A stretch of DNA of 64,000 nt from Marsupella aquatica (lineage: Eukaryota; Plantae; Marchantiophyta): contig OZ316892.1 of NCBI GenBank assembly GCA_973895155.1, positions 22,173,168 to 22,237,167 of the forward strand. The letters run 5' to 3'. The notes beneath the pieces were generated by a model that had not been told where the DNA came from, did no database searches, and saw only the letters and a list, made by a program, of their open reading frames with translations. Below, piece by piece: positions 26,243 through 37,900 of the stretch. Within the stretch, counting starts at the first letter, position 1. Each line of letters begins with the position of its first letter. Position numbers and translations under genes: made by a program.

Positions 26243-28400
26243 TCTCTCCGACCTCCGCCGACATTGTATTTCAAAGACCATCGCCGACATTGTATCTCGG
26301 AGATCCTCGCTGACATTTACCAAATAGCCGAATAGGGTTACCTGTTTTGGGACTAGGGTTTAGGGTTTAGGGTAAAAAACGCGGTTTTATGTGACCGATA
26401 TTATGTATCAATGGTTCCTATGAATGGATGAATGTGTTAACCAACCAATCTTGACTCTGAGGTCGGCAACCTTGTATCAAAGGCCTGTATTGTCTGATCT
26501 CGGCGACCTCCGCCAACATGAACAGGTTTCCTTCCTCATTGTATCTCGGAGACCCTCGCCAACATTGTATTACTGAGACCCTCACTGACAGGGTATTTCG
26601 GAGACCCTCGCCGACATTTACCAAACAGTTGAATAGGGTCACCTGTGTTGGACCTAGGGTTTAGGGTTTAGGAAAAATGACCAACCAATCTTGACTTTGA
26701 GGTGGGCAAACTTGTATCAAATGTCGGTATTGTCTGATCTCGGCAACCTCCGCCAACATGAACAGGTTTCCTTCCTCATTGTATCTCGGAGACCCTCGCC
26801 AACATTGTATTACTGAGACCCTCGCTGACAGGGTATTTCAGAGACCCTTGCCGACATTTACCAAACAGTTGAATAGGGTCACCTGTGTTGGACCTAGGGT
26901 TTAGGGTTTAGGAAAAATGACCAACCAATCTTGACTTTGAGGTGGGCAAACTTGTGTCAAATGTCGGTATTGTCTGATCTCGGCGACCTCCGCCAACATG
27001 AATAGGTTTCCTTCCTCATTGTATCTCGGAGACCCTCGCCAACATTGTATTACTGAGACCCTCGCTGACAGGGTATTTCAGAGACCCTCGCCGACATTTA
27101 CCAAACAGCTGAATAGGGTCACCTGTGTTGGACCTAGGGTTTAGGGTTTAGGAAAAATGACCAACCAATCTTGACTTTGAGGTGGGCAAACTTGTATCAA
27201 ATGTCGGTATTGTCTGATCTCGGCGACCTCCGCCAACATGAACAGGTTTCCTTCCTCATTGTATCTCGGAGACCCTCGCCAACATTGTATTACTGAGACC
27301 CTCGCTGACAGGGTATTTCGGAGACCCTCGCCGACATTTACCAAACAGCTGAATAGGGTCACCTGTGTTGGACCTAGGGTTTAGGGTTTAGGAAAAATGA
27401 CCAACCAATCTTGACTTTGAGGTGGGCAAACTTGTATCAAATGCCGGTATTGTCTGATCTTGGTGACCTCCGCCAACATGAACAGGTTTCCTTCCTCATT
27501 GTATCTCGGAGACCCTCGCAGACATTGTATTACTGACCTTCGCTGACAGGGTATTTCGGAGACCCTCGGAGACCCTCGCCGACATTGTATTTCGGAGACC
27601 CTCGCCGACATTTACCAAACAGCTGAATAGGGTCACCTGTGTTGGACCTAGGGTTTAGGGTTTAGGAAAAATGACCAACCAATCTTGACTTTGAGGTGGG
27701 CAAACTTGTATCAAATGTCGGTATTGTCTGATCTCGGCGACCTCCGCCAACATGAACAGGTTTCCTTCCTCATTGTATCTCGGAGACCCTCGCCAACATT
27801 GTATTACTGAGACCCTCGCTGACAGGGTATTTCGGAGACCCTCGCCGACATTTACCAAACAGCTGAATAGGGTCACCTGTGTTGGACCTAGGGTTTAGGG
27901 TTTAGGAAAAATGACCAACCAATCTTGACTTTGAGGTGGGCAAACTTGTATCAAATGCCGGTATTGTCTGATCTTGGTGACCTCCGCCAACATGAACAGG
28001 TTTCCTTCCTCATTGTATCTCGGAGACCCTCGCAGACATTGTATTACTGACCTTCGCTGACAGGGTATTTCGGAGACCCTCGGAGACCCTCGCCGACATT
28101 GTATTTCGGAGACCCTCGCCGACATTTACCAAACAGCTGAATAGGGTCACCTGTGTTGGGCCTAGGGTTTAGGGTTTAGGAAAAATGACCAACCAATCTT
28201 GACTTTGAGGTCGGCAAACTTGTATCAAATGCCGGTATTGTCTGATCTGGGCGACCTCCACCGACATGAACAGGTTTCCTTCCTCATTGTATCTTGGAGA
28301 CCCTCGCCGATATTGTATTTCAGAGACCCTTGCCGACATTTACCAAACAGCCAAATAGGGTCACTTGTTTTGGGCCTAGGGTTTAGGGTTTAGGATAAAT
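26175..28400. repeat. Tandem array of 240/274-bp units (~9 copies) derived from the transposase 3' end, each with CTAGGGTTTAGGGTTTAGG
   Basis: CCAACCAATCTTGACT at ~26182, 26441, 26681, 26921, 27161, 27401, 27675, 27915 and 28189. The first copy overlaps the last transposase codons. Confidence 0.95.
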
Positions 28401-28465
28401 GACCATTTTATGTGACCGATATTATGTATCCGTTGTCCTTGTCGGTTTAGTGTTTAGGGTTTGCT

Positions 28466-29194
28466 ATGGACAGGGTCACATTACCTCGGCCCGCTCTCAG
28501 ATTAGGCATGTTTTTTTGTTACAAACTTACTATGGATCGCGGCGCAGGCGAACGTGAGCTTTTGATTGATAGGACACAACAAAAGCTTAGATTGGAATTG
28601 CGGACGCTTCTGGCTAGTAAGGAACAAGACCGTGCTCGCATTTGGAATCCTCGTTATCCCCTACGATGTCACCCTCCAGTGAGTAACTTGATTCCAGGGT
28701 TGCCTGATGAGGTTGTGGAGTTGCACATCTGGCCCCGGATTCGGTCAATGCTCAAAGGTGTTGCAGTTTTGGATCCAGTTCGGGATGGTCATCATCCAGT
28801 GAAGACTCTCTTCCTGACGGTGCGATCAGTTGCTCATATCAACAGGAAATGGAGACATTTGATAACAAACTCCATACTATGGGCTGCAATGACTACAGCT
28901 ATAGCATTTTGTCGCGTAAGATGGCCTACAGTGACCCCTTTGTTCTTTCGAGATTCAGTGAGAGCGTTCCCACCGATCGATATTTGGAGTCGGTTGTCTG
29001 ATAGTATCTTAAATGAAAGGATCAATTCTTGGTTGTTATGTGCTTCAGAGAAAGTGGACTGCTACCTCTCTATATATGGTCTTGAGCAAGCGCAAGTAGA
29101 GTCTTGGAAAAGGACTCGTGTTGATAACTGGTACATTGAACAGGTTCAAGAAAGACTTGATAATGGTGTTCCTGTTAATCGTGACAATTTTTAG
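28466..29194 (+). CDS. F-box domain protein (242 aa, no recognisable C-terminal kelch/LRR); start codon uncertain
   Basis: NLIPGLPDEVVELHIWPRI ... VAHINRKWRHLI is the F-box signature seen in plant F-box/kelch proteins. The ORF is open and intronless. Confidence 0.7.
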   Translation: MDRVTLPRPALRLGMFFCYKLTMDRGAGERELLIDRTQQKLRLELRTLLASKEQDRARIWNPRYPLRCHPPVSNLIPGLPDEVVELHIWPRIRSMLKGVAVLDPVRDGHHPVKTLFLTVRSVAHINRKWRHLITNSILWAAMTTAIAFCRVRWPTVTPLFFRDSVRAFPPIDIWSRLSDSILNERINSWLLCASEKVDCYLSIYGLEQAQVESWKRTRVDNWYIEQVQERLDNGVPVNRDNF

Positions 29195-29800
29195 CGTCAT
29201 CGACTGAGCACCAATGTGAAAGTTGTTTGCCCACATTGAATGCCATGTCAAATATCAGCCTGCATTAGTGTAATAGACCAATTAGAACAATTAGACCAAT
29301 TTTGTGTAATAGACCAATTAGAACAATTTTGTACAAAAAATTTTGAATAGTAAAAGTTTGGACGTTTTTTGAGCGGAATCTCAGTGCGGTGTTCTCGTTA
29401 TGTTAGTGACCTCTTCAACATACATAGTAGTACACAATTGTCCTTCTCATGTTGGCGAGAGTCTCTGAGATGTGTCTTGGAGAGGTCGTTTACCATCACT
29501 TTTGTCCTCGTGAAGTCGGCCAGAGTCTCTGAGATAAGTCTACTATATTGTGTTGACAAATTGGCGAGCACAATCCGCAAAATCTCAGAGACCCTCTCTG
29601 AGATGGATAACAGATAGGAGACCCCGTAATATATCAAAAAGTCCCATAATATTTAGACAATGTTTTTTTACTTAATCTACTCCTAGCAATAAAACCATAA
29701 GTTTTGGGCAAAATGTGTGAGGTCAATCATCCATATCACTATTCACTCTTTGGTTGCCTTATCATGGAGGTCTCCACTTGACACTATTCTCATGTTCAAC

Positions 29801-30528
29801 ATGGAAGGATCCAATGCGCAGAGGTGTTATCATGAGAAGTGCGCTGCACGGCTTGAGAAGTTCAGGACGACCATTACTGAGCTGAAATTGATAGCTCTTT
29901 CCGATAAGTTGTCAATATGGAGTTCTCTTGGGAGTTCTGGGGGGAGCCTATGCGTTATCCATTGCGCAGTCAGGAAGCCCGAAAGCAGAGTCTCATCCCC
30001 GGCCTCTCGGATGATCTGACGAAGGGACACATTTGGCCTCTACTTTGAAACAGATTTGAATGTGCAAATGCTCATGGCAAAGATGAGAATGCTACATTCA
30101 ACGCAATCAACAACATGCGTGTATTGTCAAGAGTTAGTAGGAAATGGAGATTCCTAATGACTCACTCGAAGGGATGGGCAGCCATAAAAGTGCTGCTGGA
30201 CATTGTTGAAAACATATCTGAAAATCAACATTGGACTCGACACTCAACCGCGTCCACGTTTCGAGTCCTCTTGCGTCAAATTCCTCCTATTGATGCCCTC
30301 ACAATGATGTTACCTATATCATTGAAGTCTTGGGTGGCATATTATGTTTGGAGGACAGAGAGATATGAGAGGGATCTGTATGACAGTTTCTTTGACGAGG
30401 ATGAGCTTGGAAGGGTCAAACTATGGGTGGAGAACAGGCTACACACATTGTTGTGGTGTGACGATGTAGCGAGTTGGGAGAGCAACAATCCCGATAGTGG
30501 GTACGGGCTTCATAGTGATGACATTTGA
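29801..30528 (+). pseudogene. Degenerate paralogous F-box gene
   Basis: After a frameshift it reads SLIPGLSDDLTKGHIWPLL*...MRVLSRVSRKWRFLMT...WAA...IPPID, aligning by eye with the 28466 ORF (INRKWRHLIT..WAA..FPPID). Confidence 0.7.
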
Positions 30529-32303
30529 TCATTTAGGGTTTAGGTTGGTCGCCATTGTTGGTTTAGGTTTAGTTTAGAAGAATTTATCCTCACCCCTGGT
30601 AGTTTTGGTTCAGATTTTGTAACATGGACAAATTTTGTACGAGTTTGTGATTAATAAATTACTTGACATTTGCACGACAAACATGTTTGGCATGGTGTTT
30701 TTTCAATGTCGACTACCTTGCCGACATGCAGAACTCAGCTTGGGTCTCTGAGATGAATCTTGGTCAGATCTCGGTGGCCTTCTCTGAGATATACTGGCGT
30801 ACGTCAAATCACTGGATGTACGTCAGATCGCCAATGTCGACCACCTCGCCGACATGCAAAACTCGGCGAGGGTCTCTGAGATGATTCTCGGCCAGATCTC
30901 GGCGGCCTTCTCCGAGATATGTTGGCGTACGTCAGATTGTTGGACGTATGTCAGATCGCCAATGACATGCAACACTTGGCGAGGGTCTCTGACACATTTT
31001 GCGGTTTTGAGCAGACAGCTTAGTTTTGAGCACACAGCTTTGTGAAGTTGGTGACCCTCGCCGAGATCTTTTCCCAACACGAAATAGCCAGGTGTAGCGC
31101 CTAACCCACCAAGGAGAGACAATGTATGAAGTTTCCAAAACAATTATAGTAAAGATCAAGTCGGCGGTCTCGCTGACATTCTAATTTGGTCGCATTATTG
31201 TGTACGGAAAGGACATATTGGGTCCGCTTGAATGATTTTACGATGTTGGCGAGTACGCCGACATATCCTTGCCAATGTCAGAGACCTCGCCCATATCCCC
31301 TCACTATGGACCCTTCACTGATATCAGTGACTGATATCAGTTATCAGTCACTGATAGCTGATGATGTTACCTATCTCCTTAAAATGTACTAGTGTTGTTT
31401 TTGGCGCTAGATGGAGGGGGCACTCTGAGTCGTATTCAGAGTGGAGACATGTGCGTATGTACGTTATCACAGGACCCTAGGCCCTAGTGAGTCGTTAAAC
31501 TATTGCGTAAGAGTAGATGTCCATCACTCATTCTCAAGCAGCGTACCTAAGGAGATTGACGAGCGAACGAGAAAGTACATCAACAACAAGCTCAAAATCA
31601 TCAGATTTGGAGGATTCACAATTGCCTCACAGAGCTTATGACTGCCTAAGCCAAAATCCGCATAAGGATGTATCTTTTGGCATGACAACGTTGTTTCCTC
31701 ACATCCTAGAGACCCAAATTCCTCAGACAAAAATTATCACAATAGGGATACTTATAAATTTCACATTGTCTTTCCTAGTAATTTGGTCTTAATCTTTTTT
31801 ACTAGGTTTATTTGACTTCTCTCTTTATTATAGTTGGCTATTCAAGACACTATGGGGCCTTGCATTCCTCTTTGAATTAGGGAAAATGAATGGCACAATG
31901 AGCAATTGTTGCTCCAAGAACACAAGTCCCAAAACTCTACTCTGGATAATGACGCTCTTTTATAGTGTTTGTTGAGGGGTTGGCCCACATGGTCACTTTT
32001 GATTGGACGTCTTGCTAAATGACAAAATAGCAGAGATGGGTATATTTTCTTGAATATCTAGTTTGATTCTTAGCTATGTATCTTGGAGAAATTCTGTAGT
32101 TTTGAAATTTTAGAGATAAATCTATCTATGTTGGTATTGCAAAATGGATTTTATTCATATGGATGTTTGTAGTTTGGGAATTTAAGCAAGAAACTTATCT
32201 GAAGTTGGTATTGCAAGTGGATTTTATTTGTATGGATGTTTGTACTTTTGGAATTTAAGTGATCAAGCGTTCGCACGTCCTCCACGTATTAGTTAAGACT
32301 GAG

Positions 32304-33373
32304 GCCGGGACACACTCCCCTAGCCTATCACTTGTTGTTCCTTCTTCAAGATCTTCTTTAGTTGGGTGAGGAGGTACCCGTTGTAGTCCCAACTTGGGTC
32401 TGGCTTCTCTACTAGGTAAACCTATGCCTTGCCAATCTCCTTGGGCCCTCACTCCATGTAAAAGAAGTGGACCCCCCTGTGATCAGGCCCTTTTCGTGTT
32501 TACCCCTTGTTATTTCCATTTTACCATTAAAAGTTCCCTTATTACCAGTGATAATTATAATTATTAGTTCAAAATGAATAAAAACTACCCTTCGAGCGTT
32601 CGCACGTCCTCCACGTATTAGTTAAGACTGAGGGCCCAGGGGCCAATCTCTGGCCTTGCCAGGTTGCAATGCATTGTCACCCGCAAGAATCAATCATTTC
32701 TCCAATGTGCGGGTTGGTGCAAGTGTCCCAAAAGAAGCCATTCTTTGTTGATGGCCTGGGGAACGATCTAAACTCCTTGTCCGACAAGTTCTTCTGGGTG
32801 TCTACCTTGGTCTTGTTGCCTATTGGCAAGCCAAATACTTTGGCAATCACCTTGGGAGTGAGATAGATTTCCCTCCCATATACCTTGGTTGCATTTGCCT
32901 CGTGATCCCATGATCCCACAAAGCAAGTCTGATTCCGGCACCTCCGGCTTCAGCCATGGTAATCAGAATAAAGGTCTCCAATTAAAGCCCGATCCGGCCA
33001 TGAAGCCTTGGTACTTCCTGGACTGCCTGGCTGTAAAACATGCATCCTCCTCTCGTGCAAAATGTAATTGCACTGCTTGCGGTATGACCGTCACCCAACC
33101 CTTCCATGTATCATCTCTGGTAGGGATGACATTGAATGGGTCAACCTCTAGTTCCTTGGCCTCCTCCTGCCTTTGTCTTCCTTGCTCGACCGGCTTTCTA
33201 GATGTCGCCGACCTCGTTCTTTTGGCCGATGTGGTTTCTTCGTTGTTGGTCATTTTCCTCTTCATTTTGGCCACTCCTAACGATTCCCTAGCACTGTTGC
33301 TTTTTTCCACGCCTCCGTGCATCCTTCAGGTCCTAATGTTTGTTGTTGCAGCGGTTGATGGCCTCCCAGATAT
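32304..33373 (-). pseudogene. Further decayed fragment of the large ORF of the 52557-57223 element
   Basis: Colinear with ~55747-56605. Peptides IPTRDDTWKGW, FMAGSG and LTPKVIAKVFGLPIGNKTKVDT are shared. Confidence 0.9.
32439..32641. mobile_element. 203-bp MITE with 13-bp TIRs and an 8-bp TSD
   Basis: CCTTGGGCCCTCA ... TGAGGGCCCAGGG with TSD GCCAATCT (32431-32438 and 32642-32649). Host homology to ~55873 rejoins on removal. Confidence 0.85.
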
Positions 33374-33779
33374 CACTAGAAGAAAACAGGGCCCTTTATG
33401 ACCAATCACCCAATGACGGAGATGAATAAATGACCAAAATTTTTAATGACACAAAAAGAATGACAGGGAAATGACTGTCCACAATGACCAATGGACTGAA
33501 ATGACAAAATGTTAACTTTTGCGTCATTTTGTATTATGTCTGTAATGACTAATGTGACCAAAATGACCCAATTTCCCTAAATGGTCAATTTAGACACATG
33601 TCTTAAATGACGCAATTAATAACAACAATGATAAATCAGTGTTTAACAACATTATAGTCACTCTGGACAATGATTGAAATGACCAAAAATCTATTTGAGT
33701 CATTTTGGACAACGGTGATAAATGACAAAAAATGTATTACCGTCATTTTAACCAACGGTGTTAAATGACAAAATATAGG

Positions 33780-34200
33780 GTCAATCTGAAAATGAGAATA
33801 TATCAATGTTTACAACAACATATTGTCATTATGGACTTCTCCCATAAATGACTAACTCTAGAGTCAATCTTGAAATTAGGACATATTAGTGTTTACAAGA
33901 ACATACCGTCATTATGGACTTCTCTCATAAATGACTAACTCTAGGGTCAATCTTGAAATTAGGACATATCAGTGTTTACAAGAACATACCGTCATTATGG
34001 ACTTCTCTCATAAATGACTAACTCTAGAGTCAAACTTGAAATTAGGATATATCGGTGTTTACAATAATATACTGTCATTATGGACCTGTTGCATAAATGA
34101 CTAAATATAGGGTCAATCTAAAAATCATGATATATCAATATTTACAATAACATATAGTCATTATGGACTTATTGCATAAATGACTACTTATAGAGTCATT
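33780..34200. repeat. 60-bp subterminal minisatellite, ~6-7 diverged copies
   Basis: GTCATTATGGAC...CATAAATGACTAA recurs every 60 bp. Confidence 0.9.
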
Positions 34201-34289
34201 AAAGAACCCAAGAGATATGAAGATTAAAATACTCAATAGTCATTCCAGACACCGGTCATAATTGTAGAGTCATTGATATAGTTGATAAC

Positions 34290-37200
34290 CCTTCCACTAA
34301 GTGCGGGACACAATACTCATCATTGTCCTCCCACTGGTTGGGGCATTAGCAATTTGAACACATGTCTTGCATTTACTTTAGGCATGATGCACCTAGCTTT
34401 GGGGAAATCACTCCCAAGTCATACACCTTTGGAGTGATTTTCCATAAGTGTCACCATATATAGATGCGCGCATACTACCGTATCCAAAGGCAAATGAAAC
34501 CTTTTTGTCTCTCCAAGAAGTAGGGCAATACCAATGGAAGGTTGTCATCCTTTGTTGTAATTGTGTCATGTTTGTGCCGGTGTTTGGATGGGGAATATTT
34601 TAATTTGCAAATAAATAGTGATGGGGCATTCAAGGAGCTAGTGTAATCTTTATTGGGTCATTTCTAAAAACATTTGCATCACAAATACCAATGACTACAA
34701 GTAGGGTCATTAAATTTGTCATATGGACTGTCATATAAGTCAAGTGACTGGACTTGTGGTTATTTGTGTGGTCCCTCATGCAGTCATTAAACACAAGCAC
34801 AAATGACCAGTTTGGGGCTGGGGGCTTGAGGTGGGCCCTAGAGTGCCATGGGGCCCCACATAGAGGTGAGAACCCTCCACTAGGTGCGAGACACTATACT
34901 CATCATTGTCCAACCACTAGTTGCGACATAAACACTTTGGACACATATTTTTGCGCTTACTTCAGGCATGATGCACCTTTGGGGAAATCACTCCCAAGTC
35001 GTATGACTTTGGAGTGATTTGCCAAAAGTGTCACCATGTATGCATACCATCACATCCAAAGGCAAATAAAAGTTGTTTTTTGGTTCTCCAAGAGGTAGTG
35101 CTGCACCAATGGAATGGGCAGGGGAGTCGTGCTTATCAGTATGGTGTGGGTGCGGGATTAGGGTATAGGAATATTCCAATCTTGCAAGGAATCTAAAGCT
35201 GGCTCTAGTTGGAGGTACTAGGGCCTCTATTGGGTCATATGTGAGCAATGGCCCGTCATAAATGCCAATGACTAAAAGTAGGGTCATTAAAACTGTCATA
35301 TGGAGAGTCATATCAGTCTAATGACTGGATTTGTGATCATTTGAGGGGTCCCTTATGCAGTCATTGAAAGGAAAAGCACAAATGACCAATTTGGGGCTAG
35401 GGGCTTGAGGTGGGCCCTAGAGTGCCATGGGGCCCCACATAGAGGTGAGAACCCCTCCACTAGGTGCGGGACACTATACTCATCATTGTCCAACCACTAG
35501 TTGCGACATAAACACTTTGGACACGTGTTTTTGCGTTTACTTGAGGCATGATGCACCTTTGGGGAAATCACTCCCAAGTCGTACGACTTTGGAGTGATTT
35601 GCCAAAAGTTCAACCATGGATGTATACCATCACATCCAAAGGCAAATAAAACATATTTTTGGTTCTCCAAGAGGTAGTGCTGCACCAATGGAATGGGCAG
35701 GGGAGTCTTGCTTCTCTGCATGGTGTGGGTGCGGGATTAGGGTATAGGAATATTCCAACCTTGCAAGGAATCTAAAACTGGCTCTCTTTGGAGGTACTAG
35801 GGCCTTTATTGGGTCATATGTGAGCAATGGCCCATCATAAATGCCAATGACTAAAAGTAGGGTCATTAAAACTGTCATATGGAGAGTCATATCAGTCAAA
35901 TGACTGGATATGTGGTCATTTTAGGGGTCCCTCATGCAGTCATTAAGGAAAAGCACAAATAACCAGTTTGGGGCTAGGGGCTTGAGGTGGGCCCTAGAGT
36001 GCCATGGGGCCCCACATAGAGGTGAGAACCCCTCCACTGGGTGCAGGACACTATATTCATCATTGTCCAACCACTAGTTGCGACAAACACTTTGGACACA
36101 TGTTTTTGCGTTTACTTGAGGCATGATGCACCTTTGGGGAAATCACTCCCAAGTCGTACGACTTTGGAGTGATTTGCCAAAAGTGTCACCATGGATGCAT
36201 ACCATCACATCCAAAGGCAAATAAAAGTTTTTTTGGGGTTCTCCAAGAGGTAGTGCTGCACCAATGGAATGGGCAGGGGAGTCGTGCTTCTCTGTATGGT
36301 GTGGGTGCGGGTTTAGGGAAGAGGAATATTCCAACCTTGCAAGGAATCTAAAACTGGCTCTCTTTGGAGGTACTAGGGCCTTCATTGGGTCATATGTGAC
36401 CAACGAACCGTCATAAATGCCAGTGACTACAAGTAGGGTCATTAAAACTGTCATATGGGCAGTCATATAAGTCTAATGACTGCAGTTGTGGTCATTTGAG
36501 GGGTCCCTTGTGCAGTCATTAAGGAAAAGCACAAATGACCAGTTTGGGGCTAGGGGCTGGAGGTGGGCCCTAGAGTGCCATGTGGCCCCACATAGAGGTG
36601 AGAACCCCTCCACTAGGTGCGGGATATTATATTTACTATTCTTCAACCATTAGTTGCACCATAATTAATGTTGAATCATATTTTTGCATTTACCTAAGGC
36701 ATGATGAAACTTTGGGGAAATCACTCCCAAGTCATACGGCTTTGGAGTGATTTGCCAAAGTCTCACCATGTGAAATAATAGTTGTTTTCTTGTTCTCCAA
36801 GAGGTAGGGCAAAACTAGGGGAAGGTTGTTGTCCTTCTATTTAACTGTGTCATATCTATGCTAGTGTTTGGGTGGGGAATATTCTATTCCATTGCAAAGG
36901 AAATGCGAGGGGGCACTCCAACTAGGGTCTTTATTGGGTCATATGTGAGCAATGGCCAGTCATAAATGCCAATGACTACAAGTAGGGTCATTAAATTTGT
37001 CATATGGACTGTCATATAAGTCAAGTGACTGGACTTGTGGTCATTTGTGTGGTCCCTCATGCAGTCATTAAACACAAGCACTAATGACCAGTTTGGGGCT
37101 AGGGGTTGGAGGTGGGCCCTAGAGTGCCATGGGGCCCCACATAGAGGTGAGAACCCCTCCACTGGGTGCGAGACACTATACTCATCATTGTCCAACCACT

Positions 37201-37900
37201 AGTTGCAACATAAGCACTTTGGACACATGTTTTTGCGTTTACTTAAGGCATGATGCACCTTTGGGGAAATCACTCCCAAGTCATATGACTTTGGAGTGAT
37301 TTGCCAAAAGTGTGTCCATGCATGCACACCATCACATCCAAAGGCAAATAAAAGTTGTTTTTTGGTTCTCCAAGAGGTGGTGCTGCACCAATGGAATGGG
37401 CAGGGGAATTGTGCTTCTCAGTATGGTGTGGGTGCGGGTTTAGGGAAGAGGAATATTCCAACCTTGCAAGGAATCTATTGCAGGCTCTCTTTGGAGGTAC
37501 TAGGGCCTTTATTGGGTCATATGTGACCAATGACTTGTCATAAATGCCAATGACCAAAAGTCAATTCATTAAAACTGTCATATGGGAAGTCATATAAGTC
37601 AAGTGACTAGACTTGTGGTCATTTGTGTGGCCCTTCATGCAGTCATTAAACAGAAGCACAAATGACAAGTTTGGGGCTAGGGGCTGAAGGTGGGCCCTAG
37701 AGTGCCATGTGGCCCCACATAGAGCTTGCAACCCCTCCACTATGTGCAAAATACTGTATTTACTATTCTCCAACTACTAGTTGCACCATTAGCACCGTAC
37801 CTCATGTGAGTTTTTGCGTTTACTTAAGGGATGATGCAACATTGGGGAAATCACTCCCAAGTCATACAACTTTGGAGTGATTTGCCAAAAGTGTCACGTA
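34290..37900. repeat. Subterminal tandem array, ~575-bp unit, ~6 diverged copies
   Basis: GGGGAAATCACTCCCAAGTC at ~34401, 34981, 35561, 36136, 36714, 37263 and 37844. Confidence 0.93.

Larger units (their letters stand above)
18833..31394 (+). mobile_element. Large Mutator-like (MULE) element with tandem arrays and F-box cargo; boundaries tentative
   Basis: Contains a DDE/SWIM transposase. The motif CTCGGAGACCCTCGCCGAG is dense from ~18900 to 28350 and appears inverted at ~29450-29530 and 30740-31000. Candidate ends are CACTAGTAC (18833) and GTACTAGTG (31394), only 9 bp, with no 8-9-bp TSD. Confidence 0.6.

Noticed and set aside
31322-31393. Hairpin followed by CTAG-T as a Helitron 3' end
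   Set aside because: The hairpin is AT-rich and ~32 bp from CTAG rather than ~10-12 bp, and no Rep/helicase was seen.
31421-31500. TGAGTCGTATT and CCCTAGTGAGTCGTTA resemble the reverse T7 promoter
   Set aside because: The matches are partial and gapped and no other vector sequence is present, so this is most likely chance.
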